From Candidatus Hydrogenedentota bacterium (GTDB lineage Bacteria > Hydrogenedentota > Hydrogenedentia > Hydrogenedentales > GCA-2746185): a stretch of 56,194 nucleotides of DNA. Below, one piece after another: positions 8,891-17,744 of this stretch. The notes beneath the pieces are model-generated. The model did no database searches, was not told the DNA's origin, and was given only the letters and a program-made list of their open reading frames with translations. Both the position numbers and the translations under genes were made by a program. The stretch lies in assembly GCA_046583315.1 (NCBI GenBank), contig JAYGCN010000205.1, positions 1 through 56,194 on the forward strand, in the 5' to 3' direction. How positions within the stretch are numbered: the first letter of the stretch is position 1; each line of letters opens with the position of its first letter.

Positions 8891-10231
8891 ATGCTGGAAA
8901 TTCTATGTCCAAACTGTCAAGAAACCTTACACATTCCTGAGAAGTATCTTGGCACCAAAGGGAAATGTCGGAAGTGCAACTCGGAGATTGTTGTCGAATC
9001 TCCGACATCTAATGGTACGTCCAAAGCCAACGGCACATCTCAATCCAATGGTGCGCCGGCATCCAATGGCGCTCCAACGGCCGCGCCTGAATATGGCGAC
9101 TATCGCAATCCCAACATATTGATCTTGCATATTGAAACGACGGGTCCTTCTTCGCGCAAGTGCAACATGATTGAGCTTGGTTGCATCAAGGTTGATCGGC
9201 TGGGAAGGGAAGTGGATACCTATTGGACCTTCTGCAATCCTGATCAACACATCCCAGGGAAAATTGCGGAACGCACGGGAATTTCTGATGACATGGTTGC
9301 GGCCGCGCCCTATGGTTTCGAAGTGTCCAAGGAGTGGTTCGACTGGGCGGGACCGAATCCGATTATCATAACGGATCACGCACACTTCCACGCGAAGTTT
9401 ATGGCTGCACCTTTGTTGCATGAGGATATCGAGCCACCTGTTGCGCGAATCATTGATGTTGCGGAGTGGGCACGGGTCCTGAAGGTGCCTGCGGCCGAAT
9501 ACAAGCTGCGCCCCTTGTTGGAAAGCATCGGTGCGCCGATCCCGCATGGACATCATCGAGCACTTGAAACGTGTAAGGGTATTCAGCAGCTCGCTGTTCA
9601 TCTGGTAGACAAAGAGGCTACGGCACTTTCGAAGGACGGTCAGAAGACGTTATTCTCCAAGATTTTACACAAGGGATCGGATGATGAGATGCGCGGACTG
9701 TACCGGGCCATTGTCAGTCGTTCGCAGTTGTTGAGCGCGGCCTGGGGCGCGTCGTTTTATGAGTATCAGGCTTTTCAGGCACGCGTGAAAGGCATTTCAC
9801 TGGATGAAATTCAGCGCGCGGCCGCGATGGCATCGGGAGGCTTTACGCTGCACATGCCGGAGTGGTTTGATGAGAAACGTCACATGATCAAGGGGTATCG
9901 ATCACAGCCACGAACGGACGTGAATCCTATGGAGGATCATTCAGGGGATGCGCAGTGGGAATTCGCGCTTATCGAAGCGAGTCAGAGCGAAAGTCCCGAG
10001 GAGAAGCGTCAATACCTGATGAAGGCGGTTGACCTGCATGCCACCGATCCGCGTCCCTATGAGCAAATGATAGGGTTTTATATTCGGGAGAAGAAATACG
10101 AGGAGGCTCATGAAATATGTGCGCGGTATTTCGAGACGGACAACTGGAAGCAGCCTCAGTTCGTGGGTACTAGTTTGAAAATGCTGGAAAAATTCCAGAA
10201 ACTCGAGAACAAACTGGCAAAACATTTTTAG
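8891..10231 (+). CDS. Zn-ribbon + DEDDh (DnaQ-like) exonuclease-fold protein with degenerate active site + helical/TPR-like C-terminus
   Basis: CPNC..CRKC ribbon; LHIETTG, DHAHFHAKF and HHRALETC sit at the ExoI/II/III positions; GGAG upstream of ATG 8891. Confidence 0.75.
   Translation: MLEILCPNCQETLHIPEKYLGTKGKCRKCNSEIVVESPTSNGTSKANGTSQSNGAPASNGAPTAAPEYGDYRNPNILILHIETTGPSSRKCNMIELGCIKVDRLGREVDTYWTFCNPDQHIPGKIAERTGISDDMVAAAPYGFEVSKEWFDWAGPNPIIITDHAHFHAKFMAAPLLHEDIEPPVARIIDVAEWARVLKVPAAEYKLRPLLESIGAPIPHGHHRALETCKGIQQLAVHLVDKEATALSKDGQKTLFSKILHKGSDDEMRGLYRAIVSRSQLLSAAWGASFYEYQAFQARVKGISLDEIQRAAAMASGGFTLHMPEWFDEKRHMIKGYRSQPRTDVNPMEDHSGDAQWEFALIEASQSESPEEKRQYLMKAVDLHATDPRPYEQMIGFYIREKKYEEAHEICARYFETDNWKQPQFVGTSLKMLEKFQKLENKLAKHF
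9008..9079 (+). repeat. Four degenerate 18-bp coding tandem repeats (SNGTSK/ANGTSQ/SNGAPA/SNGAPT linker)
   Basis: tctaatggtacgtccaaa gccaacggcacatctcaa tccaatggtgcgccggca tccaatggcgctccaacg. Confidence 0.7.
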
Positions 10232-12159
10232 TCCGCGTTAAGCGCTTCGAGTTCTTCCCACCGCGCGTAGACGACCTCCACTTTTGATTGCGCGTCTTTC
10301 AGTGCATCCAGCGTCTTCTGAACTTCCGCGTAATCCTTCTCGTAAAAACCTTCTTCCGTCATGAGCTGCTGGATGCGCGCGACTTCCGCTTCGCTGGCGT
10401 GAATGGTCTCATCCATAGTTTTGAGTTCTTTCTTTTCGAGATAGGACAGTTTCTTTTTTGCTGTGTTCGCTGGCGCGGAGGCGTGTGCTGTGATTTTGGG
10501 AATGGATGATTTTTCGGAATCGCTACGAGTCTCCTTCACGAATCGCAAGTAGTCGTCGTAGTTTCCGGCGCTGAAGTAGAGTTCGCCTGAATCATCGAAT
10601 ACGATCATGTGTGTACACAGGCGATTGAGGAAATAGCGATCGTGGCTGACGATGATGCACGCCCCGTCGAAGTTCAGTATCGCTTCTTCGAGCACCCGCA
10701 ACGTGGGCAGGTCCAAGTCGTTCGTGGGCTCATCAAGGACAAGAAAGTTGCCGCCGCGCAGGAGTTTCTTGGCCAGTTCAACGCGGTTGCGTTCTCCGCC
10801 AGACAGATTGCGCATGGGGGAGTGCAGGGAATCCGTGTCGAAGAGAAAGGCTTCGAGGTATCCCGGAATGAATACGCGATTGCCGTTGACTTCCCAATGA
10901 TTGGTGCCGTTGGAGACGAAATCGATGATACTTTTTTCGGGATCGATATCGGAGTGTTTCTGGTCAATATAGAGAAACTCGGTCGTCTCGCCTTTGAATA
11001 CTTTGCCTTTGTAGCCATCCTCTTCGCCGAGCAGACATCGTAGCAGGGTGGTTTTGCCGCTGCCGTTCGGGCCAGCGATGCCGATCCGCATGCCTTTTTG
11101 CATGATCATGGAGAAGTCGCGGAAGAGGGGTGTGTCTGTGTAGGAAAAACTGAGGTCTTCGACATCCAGGACGCGTTTTCCTAATCGCGGCGGTTGTGGA
11201 ATCTGAAACTCGAAACCCTTGTGCTGGTTGGGTCCGCCCTGTGCTTCCAGGTCGTCGTAGCGATTGATGCGTGCCTTCTGTTTCGTCGACCGCGCCTTGG
11301 GGCCGCGTCGTAGCCATTCGAGTTCGCGCCGCAACACATTTTGCCGGGATTGTTCGGTACGTTCGGCGATATCGTGAATACGTGTCTTGTATTCGAGGAA
11401 TTGTTCGTAGTTTCCGGGGAAGCTGTAGAGTTCGTTGAATTCAATTTCGACGATTCGGTTCACCACGAGTTCGAGAAAATAGCGGTCGTGGGTGATGATG
11501 AGACAGGTGCCTTCGTATCCCGACAGAAAATTTTCGATCCATTCCACGCTGCGTGTGTCGATGTGGTTGGTTGGTTCGTCGAGAAGCAGAACATCCGGTC
11601 GGGCGATCAATGTGGCTGCGAGGTCGACCCGTCGAAGCTCGCCGCCGGAAAGCGTATTCAGTATTCGCTCCGCTTCGAGCAACCCCAGCGCATCCGATAT
11701 TTTGTCGATGGTTTGTTGGAGATTCCAGCCATCGCATAGTTCAAGGCTGTGATGGACTTCTTCAAACTCGTGTTGGAGCAGAGTGTGCCGCTTCTCAGTG
11801 ATGGTTTCGTCTGCCAGTTCGACGGCCAATCGCTCATGTTCGCTGAGCAGATGTTGGGTATGGGCACAGGAGGATTGAAGTACCTCGCCGATACTGAGAT
11901 CAAGGTCGAGCATGCAGTCCTGGGACAACATGCCAACGCGAAGACCCTGTTTACGCGTGACGATGCCGGAATCTGGTTCATCGAGGCCGGCCAGAATTTT
12001 CATCAGCGTCGATTTTCCGCATCCGTTGCGTCCGATCAGTCCGACGCGTTCACCGGCGTGAATCGTGATTGAGAGATCGGAGAAGACGGGTTGTGATCCG
12101 TAGCTGCGGGTGATGCTTTGGGCGGAGAGTATGGCTTCGGTGGTGCTTGTGTTCGACAT
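10228..12159 (-). CDS. ABC-F family ATPase (Uup-like)
   Basis: Two ABC domains (GRNGCGKST/LSGGE/LDEPTNH and GPNGSGKTT/LSGGE/LDEPTND), no TM helices, C-terminal KKLSY..RWEELE coiled coil. Confidence 0.93.
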   Translation of the reverse strand: MSNTSTTEAILSAQSITRSYGSQPVFSDLSITIHAGERVGLIGRNGCGKSTLMKILAGLDEPDSGIVTRKQGLRVGMLSQDCMLDLDLSIGEVLQSSCAHTQHLLSEHERLAVELADETITEKRHTLLQHEFEEVHHSLELCDGWNLQQTIDKISDALGLLEAERILNTLSGGELRRVDLAATLIARPDVLLLDEPTNHIDTRSVEWIENFLSGYEGTCLIITHDRYFLELVVNRIVEIEFNELYSFPGNYEQFLEYKTRIHDIAERTEQSRQNVLRRELEWLRRGPKARSTKQKARINRYDDLEAQGGPNQHKGFEFQIPQPPRLGKRVLDVEDLSFSYTDTPLFRDFSMIMQKGMRIGIAGPNGSGKTTLLRCLLGEEDGYKGKVFKGETTEFLYIDQKHSDIDPEKSIIDFVSNGTNHWEVNGNRVFIPGYLEAFLFDTDSLHSPMRNLSGGERNRVELAKKLLRGGNFLVLDEPTNDLDLPTLRVLEEAILNFDGACIIVSHDRYFLNRLCTHMIVFDDSGELYFSAGNYDDYLRFVKETRSDSEKSSIPKITAHASAPANTAKKKLSYLEKKELKTMDETIHASEAEVARIQQLMTEEGFYEKDYAEVQKTLDALKDAQSKVEVVYARWEELEALNAD

Positions 12160-12342
12160 GGGAGGAAAATTTTCGGGGTTGGTGGAGAAAGGACGCTATT
12201 GTACCGAATCGAAGGCATCGGGTGCGAGGTATCGGTCTATAACTTGCATTGAATGCCGTCTATACAGTAGTATATCGGGCCTTGTCTGGAGTTTTTCAGT
12301 CGTTTTTCACCCATCGTTTTTGTTTGTTTAGGAGTCGTTCAG

Positions 12343-13284
12343 ATGTTCAGACCGGAAATTCGTGTTTTTGATTGTACCATTCGTGACGGTGGTCTCATGA
12401 ATGACCATCGATTTGATATCGAAGTGGTCAAGGCTGTGTTTCAGGCTTGTGTGGATTCGGGCGTGGACTATTGCGAGCTCGGGTATAAATGCGACAAAGC
12501 CCAGTTCTCCACCGATGATTTTGGTCCGTGGAAATTCTGTGACGAAGAAGACATCCGTTCGGTGGCCTTTGAAGCAAGCACGAAAATTTCCGTCATGGCC
12601 GATGTGGGTCGCACTGACATGAGCACGATTCTCCCCAAAGAAGAGTCACTCGTTTCCATGTACCGCATGGCAACCTACGCGCATGAAGTGGATAAAGCGA
12701 TTGCCATGGCTCGCGAAATCAAGGATAAGGGATATGAGGTTGCTGTGAATATCATGGCGGCTTCCCATGTGCTTGAGCCGGATCTGGACGAAGCGATTGC
12801 TCAGCTTGCGGAAACCGATGTGGATGTTGTTTATCTGGTGGACAGTTTCGGTTGTCTGTACAGCGAACAGATTCAATACTTGGCCGAGAAATATCTGACG
12901 GCACTTCCGGGCAAACAGGTTGGGATTCATTGTCACAACAACGAGCAGCTGGCCTTTTCGAATACGATTGAAGGCATCATCAAGGGCATCAATTACCTGG
13001 ACGGAAGCATTTACGGCATGGGCCGCGCTGCGGGTAACTGCACTACGGAGCTATTGCTCGGCTTCTTGAAAAATCCGAAATTCAACGCGACTCCCATTTT
13101 GAACCTTATCGAAGAACACTTTATCGATCTGCAAGCTGAGTTGAAGTGGGGGTATCAAATTCCTTATCTCGTGACGGGAATTCTTCGTAAACACCCTCGC
13201 TCGGCGATGGCGTATATGAAGGATAACAAAGGCGAAACATTCGGCGAATTTCATGAGCGATTGAAGTCCGAAGAAGACGCTTAG
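12343..13284 (+). CDS. DRE-TIM metallolyase / HMGL-like aldolase catalytic domain protein
   Basis: DCTIRDGG, HCHNN, GMGRAAGN. Confidence 0.88.
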   Translation: MFRPEIRVFDCTIRDGGLMNDHRFDIEVVKAVFQACVDSGVDYCELGYKCDKAQFSTDDFGPWKFCDEEDIRSVAFEASTKISVMADVGRTDMSTILPKEESLVSMYRMATYAHEVDKAIAMAREIKDKGYEVAVNIMAASHVLEPDLDEAIAQLAETDVDVVYLVDSFGCLYSEQIQYLAEKYLTALPGKQVGIHCHNNEQLAFSNTIEGIIKGINYLDGSIYGMGRAAGNCTTELLLGFLKNPKFNATPILNLIEEHFIDLQAELKWGYQIPYLVTGILRKHPRSAMAYMKDNKGETFGEFHERLKSEEDA

Positions 13285-13320
13285 ATCCATTCCATACGGC
13301 TGAATAAAGCGAGTCCGAAG

Positions 13321-13878
13321 ATGCCCGATTTTACGCCCCCTGATTTGTCTGCGATAGAAGTTGATGAATCGTTGACCCCGATCACGATGCCGTTCAGCAC
13401 CAAAGGCGGTAGTTCGTTCGTCGATGGTGATCCCGAAGGCACGCGGCTGCGCATGAAAATGTTTGTGCGTGAATCAGACATGCGCATGTTCACGAAGGTG
13501 TGGTGGGGACCCGATGCCGAAGGTCCTCCGGGACACGGTCATGGCGGAAGTATGGCGGCCGTGCTGGATCATACGATGGGGATCTGTTGCTGGGTTTCCG
13601 GAAATCCGGTCGTTGCGGCGAGCATCACGATAAACTTTCACCACAGCATTCCCTTGGGCAATATCTATACCGTTGAGACATGGGTAGAGAAAGTTGAGGG
13701 GAAAAAAGTATATACCCACGGCGAGATCTATCTGGATGATCAGGAGAATCCCTACGCTACGGGTTCAGGCTTGTTCATCGTTCAGAGCATGGAGCGATTC
13801 AAGGGCATGGTGGATTCGACGCGAAATAGTGAAGACAATTTCGATACCGTCGAGAAAGAGATGAACTCTCCGGACTGA
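13321..13878 (+). CDS. PaaI family (hotdog) thioesterase
   Basis: EGPPGHGHGGSMAAVLD motif. Confidence 0.85.
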   Translation: MPDFTPPDLSAIEVDESLTPITMPFSTKGGSSFVDGDPEGTRLRMKMFVRESDMRMFTKVWWGPDAEGPPGHGHGGSMAAVLDHTMGICCWVSGNPVVAASITINFHHSIPLGNIYTVETWVEKVEGKKVYTHGEIYLDDQENPYATGSGLFIVQSMERFKGMVDSTRNSEDNFDTVEKEMNSPD

Positions 13879-13885
13879 GCGTGAA

Positions 13886-14407
13886 TTAGTCGACCATGTA
13901 CTCCACGAAGGTGTGGATGTCGTATCCGGTGAGTCGATCACGGCCTTTCAACGGGGGCAATTCTACGACGAAAGCCAGTTCGATGATGTTGCCGCCGAGT
14001 GTTTCTACGAGTTTCGCAGACGCTTCCATGGTACCACCGGTCGCGAGTAGATCGTCTATGATCACGACGCGGTCGCCTTTATTCAATGCGTCGATGTGTA
14101 ACTCTAGCGTGTCCGTGCCGTATTCCAACTCGTAGTTTTCGGAGATGGTGTCGTAGGGTAGCTTACCCTTTTTGCGAATCGGAGCGAAGGGTTTTCCCAG
14201 CGCATAGGCGAGCGCACCACCGAAGATAAATCCTCGCGCATCGGCACCCAGGATGACATCAATGTTCTGGGGTTCGTAACGCTTGTGCCAGGTGTCGATG
14301 ACGTGCCGGAAGGCATCCTGATTTTGCAAGAGCGTCGTGATGTCTTTGAATTGTATGCCGTCAACAGGGAAGTCAGGCACGTTGCGGATGATATGGGTGA
14401 GGTCCAT
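13886..14407 (-). CDS. apt: Adenine phosphoribosyltransferase
   Basis: PDFPVDGIQFKDIT, ARGFIFG, RKKGKLP, YELEYG, IIDDLLATGGT. Confidence 0.97.
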   Translation of the reverse strand: MDLTHIIRNVPDFPVDGIQFKDITTLLQNQDAFRHVIDTWHKRYEPQNIDVILGADARGFIFGGALAYALGKPFAPIRKKGKLPYDTISENYELEYGTDTLELHIDALNKGDRVVIIDDLLATGGTMEASAKLVETLGGNIIELAFVVELPPLKGRDRLTGYDIHTFVEYMVD

Positions 14408-14429
14408 AGTGTGGCTTTCCTAAATAGAA

Positions 14430-15260
14430 TTAGGGGCGAAAATCTTCTTCGTGTTCTTGCGCATAAACGGCCAACTGTTTCAATACATTTTTCTCGATCT
14501 GTCGAATGCGTTCCCGCGTCAGATTGAATTCTTGACCGGTCTGTTCCAGCGTGTGCGCCTTGCCGTCGGTGATTCCGTAGCGATACTTAATGATGCCCGC
14601 TTCACGCTCGGTGAGCTCTTTTAAAAGCTCTTCCATCTGCTGATCGAGTTCGAGTTGAACGATGTCTTTGTTGGTGCGCACTGCGGGTGAATTTTCTGCC
14701 ATGCCCAGACCGGCGTCGGTGTCTGTTGATTCGAGATTTTCCAGTGGCGTAACATCCTGCACGAAACGGCGAATTTTTTCGACTTCGTTTAGCTTGATGC
14801 CCATGGCTTCAGCGATTTCTTCGGCCTCCGGTTGACGACCGAGTTTGATGTACAGCTCCTCGGTACTTTTCTTGTACTTCGTAATGCTGTCGGTGACATA
14901 AACGGGGATGCGTACGGTACGCCCGAAATTCGAGAGCGAACGGGTGACCGCCTGGCGAATCCACCAGGTCGCATAGGTCGAAAATTTGCAGCCTCGATCG
15001 GGGTCGAATCGTTCGGCCGCTTTCATCAGTCCAATGTTGCCTTCTTCAATGAGGTCGAGAAGGGGTAGACCGAAATAGAGATATTTCTTGGCGATACTGA
15101 CGACCAGACGCAAATTGGAGACGATAAGCAAACGCCGGGCTTCCGCATCACCCTTTTCAATACGGCGCGCAAGACGGATCTCCTCCTGCGACGTGAGTAG
15201 TGGAATCTTGGAGATCTCGGCAAGATAAATGCCAAGACTCGATTCCCCGTTATTGGACAT
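14430..15260 (-). CDS. Sigma-70 factor, RpoD/RpoS-like, lacking region 1.1
   Basis: [55 protein letters not shown]; only 276 aa. Confidence 0.93.
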   Translation of the reverse strand: MSNNGESSLGIYLAEISKIPLLTSQEEIRLARRIEKGDAEARRLLIVSNLRLVVSIAKKYLYFGLPLLDLIEEGNIGLMKAAERFDPDRGCKFSTYATWWIRQAVTRSLSNFGRTVRIPVYVTDSITKYKKSTEELYIKLGRQPEAEEIAEAMGIKLNEVEKIRRFVQDVTPLENLESTDTDAGLGMAENSPAVRTNKDIVQLELDQQMEELLKELTEREAGIIKYRYGITDGKAHTLEQTGQEFNLTRERIRQIEKNVLKQLAVYAQEHEEDFRP

Positions 15261-15401
15261 GCAGATTCCTTACCTGATTATCAATAGATGTCGTCTCAAA
15301 ATTCCTCGCTATTGTATCGAATTAGCAAAGACCGAACAACTGCGGGCAATTTGTGTTCAATGTGCTTGAACTGATGGGGGCGCATACAAGACAATGGCGT
15401 T

Positions 15402-15872
15402 ATGCAGGATGACGACACACGGTATATGAATTATGCGCTCGGGGAGGCCGAAAAAGCCTATGACGCCGGAGAGGTTCCCGTCGGTTGCGTGATCGTGCAT
15501 GACGGGACAATAATTGGAAAAGCGCATAATCTGCGAGAAACCCTACAGGATCCTACTGCGCATGCGGAGGTGTTGGCCATTACACAGGCGGCAAACCATC
15601 TCAAGAGCTGGCGTCTCGAAGGGGCATCGCTCTATGTGACGCTCGAGCCGTGTCCAATGTGCTCGGGCGCTATCATTCTGGGCAGGCTGGACAGAGTGGT
15701 GTGGGGGGCGACTGACCCGAAGGCAGGATGTTGCGGAACGCTGATGGACCTGCTGGGCGACACGCGATTCAATCATCAACCTGCGGTGACGGGTGGCTTC
15801 ATGGGGGAGGAATGCGGGGGCATATTGACGGCCTTTTTTCGTGAAATCAGAACGAAAAGCCGAAAACGATAG
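15402..15872 (+). CDS. tadA: tRNA adenosine(34) deaminase
   Basis: GEVPVG, DPTAHAE, TLEPCPMC, DPKAG, FFREIR. Confidence 0.95.
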   Translation: MQDDDTRYMNYALGEAEKAYDAGEVPVGCVIVHDGTIIGKAHNLRETLQDPTAHAEVLAITQAANHLKSWRLEGASLYVTLEPCPMCSGAIILGRLDRVVWGATDPKAGCCGTLMDLLGDTRFNHQPAVTGGFMGEECGGILTAFFREIRTKSRKR

Positions 15873-15982
15873 ATGCCTATAGATAGTACATGTCTAAATA
15901 TATAAATACGTATCATTCTTTGTATAAGTAAGTTATGTCTAAAGTATAACGTAATAAATTATATTAACTGACTCAATTTCGC

Positions 15983-16010
15983 TAAAGTTTTCTCGGCTCT
16001 CTGACGATAG
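15983..16010 (+). promoter_or_regulatory. Putative sigma-28 (FliA/SigD) promoter
   Basis: TAAAGTTT at -35 and GACGATAG at -10 (TAAA-N16-GACGATAG versus consensus TAAA-N15/16-GCCGATAA), upstream of a YjfB-like gene. Confidence 0.65.
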
Positions 16011-16062
16011 AAGTGGAGATAGAACCATTGGAGAACCCGACCTAAACAAAAGGAGACGAATC

Positions 16063-16260
16063 ATGGATGGATATGTTTCCGTTGCTGGTGTCGGGGCTGT
16101 TGCAAGTAGCACTCAGATTCAGACTGCTCAGCAGGTTGCGGCTTTGGCCAAAACCAAGGAGGTAGTCGAAAATCTCGGGGCAAGCACCTTGAGGCTCATT
16201 CAGGCTTCATTTGTTCCGGTAGCTCCGGACACCGGAAACGACCTCGACGTAAGCGTCTAA
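16063..16260 (+). CDS. Small YjfB-like (putative motility) protein
   Basis: Strong AAGGAG RBS; QQVAAL.K....LIQ....GNDLDVSV pattern typical of YjfB family; followed by a terminator. Confidence 0.65.
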   Translation: MDGYVSVAGVGAVASSTQIQTAQQVAALAKTKEVVENLGASTLRLIQASFVPVAPDTGNDLDVSV

Positions 16261-16284
16261 CGGCACGAAAAATCTCCAAAGTTG

Positions 16285-16323
16285 GAAGGGCATCGCACGT
16301 GTGCGGTGCCCTTCTCTTGTTTT
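16285..16323 (+). terminator. Rho-independent terminator
   Basis: GAAGGGCATCGCA-cgtg-TGCGGTGCCCTTC stem followed by TCTTGTTTT. Confidence 0.8.
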
Positions 16324-16457
16324 GAGCGGGTTGCCAGGCGGAGTTTTGCTTGGAACCGTTGATTCAGGGTAGTATCGGAGATCCGAAGTGAGCAAAAGGT
16401 AAATAACGATTCGGGTCACTCACTCAATCAACTCGCATAGCGCGCAGGAGAGTTTTA

Positions 16458-17234
16458 ATGCCTTCACTGGTGACATTAACGACGGATTTCGAGGAGCGGG
16501 ACGCGAACGTGGCTTCGATTAAAGGCATGTTGTATTCGCGCTACCCGGGAGTGCAGGTCGAGGATTTGAGCCACGACATTCCGCGTAATCATGTTACCGA
16601 AGGAGCATTGTTTCTGGCTGGAGCGATTCCTTATTTTCCGGAAGGGACTGTGCATATCACCTGCATCGCGGCGGGCTCGTCTCCGATTGCAATTTCAATG
16701 CAGGGGCAAACGATTTTATGCCCGGATAACGGTGTCGTAACATTCCTTAGCAAACACTTTACGATTGATGAAGCTCGCGTTATTTCGAATCCCGAAGTTG
16801 TGCTGTCAGGTGCTGGACAGACGTTTTTCGGACGCGATGTGTTCGCGCCCGCGGCCGCAGTGTTGGCATCGGGTGGTCAATTATCGGACTTGGGGGAAGT
16901 GCTCGATAGCCCAAAACTTCTTGATTTACTTGAATTGAAAATCGATGGTGCAACATCGATTGGCGGACAGGTCATTTTGGTGAATCGTTTTGGTAGTCTC
17001 ATCAGCAATATTCATGAATCCGATTTAGGTGGATCCAAGGTCGCGCGTGTTGAGGTGGCCGATTTTCCTGTGGGCGGAATTGTGGACGGCTATGGTCAGG
17101 TCGGTTCCGGATTACCGTTGGCGCTCTTCGGGAGCTCGGGTTATCTGGAAATCGCGTACAATGGGGATCGCGCGGACGAGCGATTAAACGCGCGTATCGG
17201 AAACAATGTGAACGTGACGCTGGAATCTGCATAG
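16458..17234 (+). CDS. DUF62 / SAM-dependent chlorinase-fluorinase-hydrolase family protein (degenerate motifs)
   Basis: LTTDF, DLSHDIP, PYFPEGTVH, PDNG, TFFGRDVFAPAAA, GSSGYLEIA. Confidence 0.88.
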   Translation: MPSLVTLTTDFEERDANVASIKGMLYSRYPGVQVEDLSHDIPRNHVTEGALFLAGAIPYFPEGTVHITCIAAGSSPIAISMQGQTILCPDNGVVTFLSKHFTIDEARVISNPEVVLSGAGQTFFGRDVFAPAAAVLASGGQLSDLGEVLDSPKLLDLLELKIDGATSIGGQVILVNRFGSLISNIHESDLGGSKVARVEVADFPVGGIVDGYGQVGSGLPLALFGSSGYLEIAYNGDRADERLNARIGNNVNVTLESA

Positions 17235-17240
17235 GCCGCT

Positions 17241-17624
17241 ATGCCCAAATTTGGTGTGACGCCGAAAAAAGAGACCGAATTGCTGAATCGGATGGCGCGC
17301 AACGCGATTCACGAGTCCGATCTGGAAGAAAAATTCATTCGATCGGGCGGCCCTGGCGGTCAGAGCGTGAATCGTTCGTCCACGTGTGTTTACATCAAAC
17401 ACGTGCCTTCAGGCCTGGAAGTCAAGATGCAGAAAGCGCGTTCGCAGGCCTTAAATCGCTTCTATGCCCGGCGCAGGCTGTGTGAACTGATTGAGGCGCA
17501 GTCAGGCGAGGTCAAAACTCCTGAGCAACGCAAAATAGATCGTTTGCGTAAGCAGAAAGCACGGCGTAAACGACGCAATCGGCAGCGGGATGTTGACGAT
17601 GCGCCCGAATCGGATGAGTCGTAA
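17241..17624 (+). CDS. Peptide chain release factor-like ribosome rescue hydrolase (ArfB/RF-1 domain)
   Basis: FIRSGGPGGQSVN (GGQ), RSQALNR, basic C-terminal tail. Confidence 0.9.
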   Translation: MPKFGVTPKKETELLNRMARNAIHESDLEEKFIRSGGPGGQSVNRSSTCVYIKHVPSGLEVKMQKARSQALNRFYARRRLCELIEAQSGEVKTPEQRKIDRLRKQKARRKRRNRQRDVDDAPESDES

Positions 17625-17744
17625 CGTTCGCAATATAGGGGAATTTTGTGAACTTTGACACTTGAACGGGTGTTAAACAGTCTCAAGTTGAGCCTATAAT
17701 TACATCAATAGCTATCGTTTCGAGAATACTTGGAGGAAAATACC

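Noticed and set aside
15917..15943. dif/Xer-like site TCTTTGTATAA-gtaag-TTATGTCTAAA
   Set aside because: The spacer is 5 nt rather than 6, the XerD arm is imperfect, and the DNA is AT-rich, so a chance match is plausible.
16458..17234. Calling this gene a fluorinase or chlorinase
   Set aside because: It lacks the specific FlA/SalL motifs; only family-level assignment is supportable.
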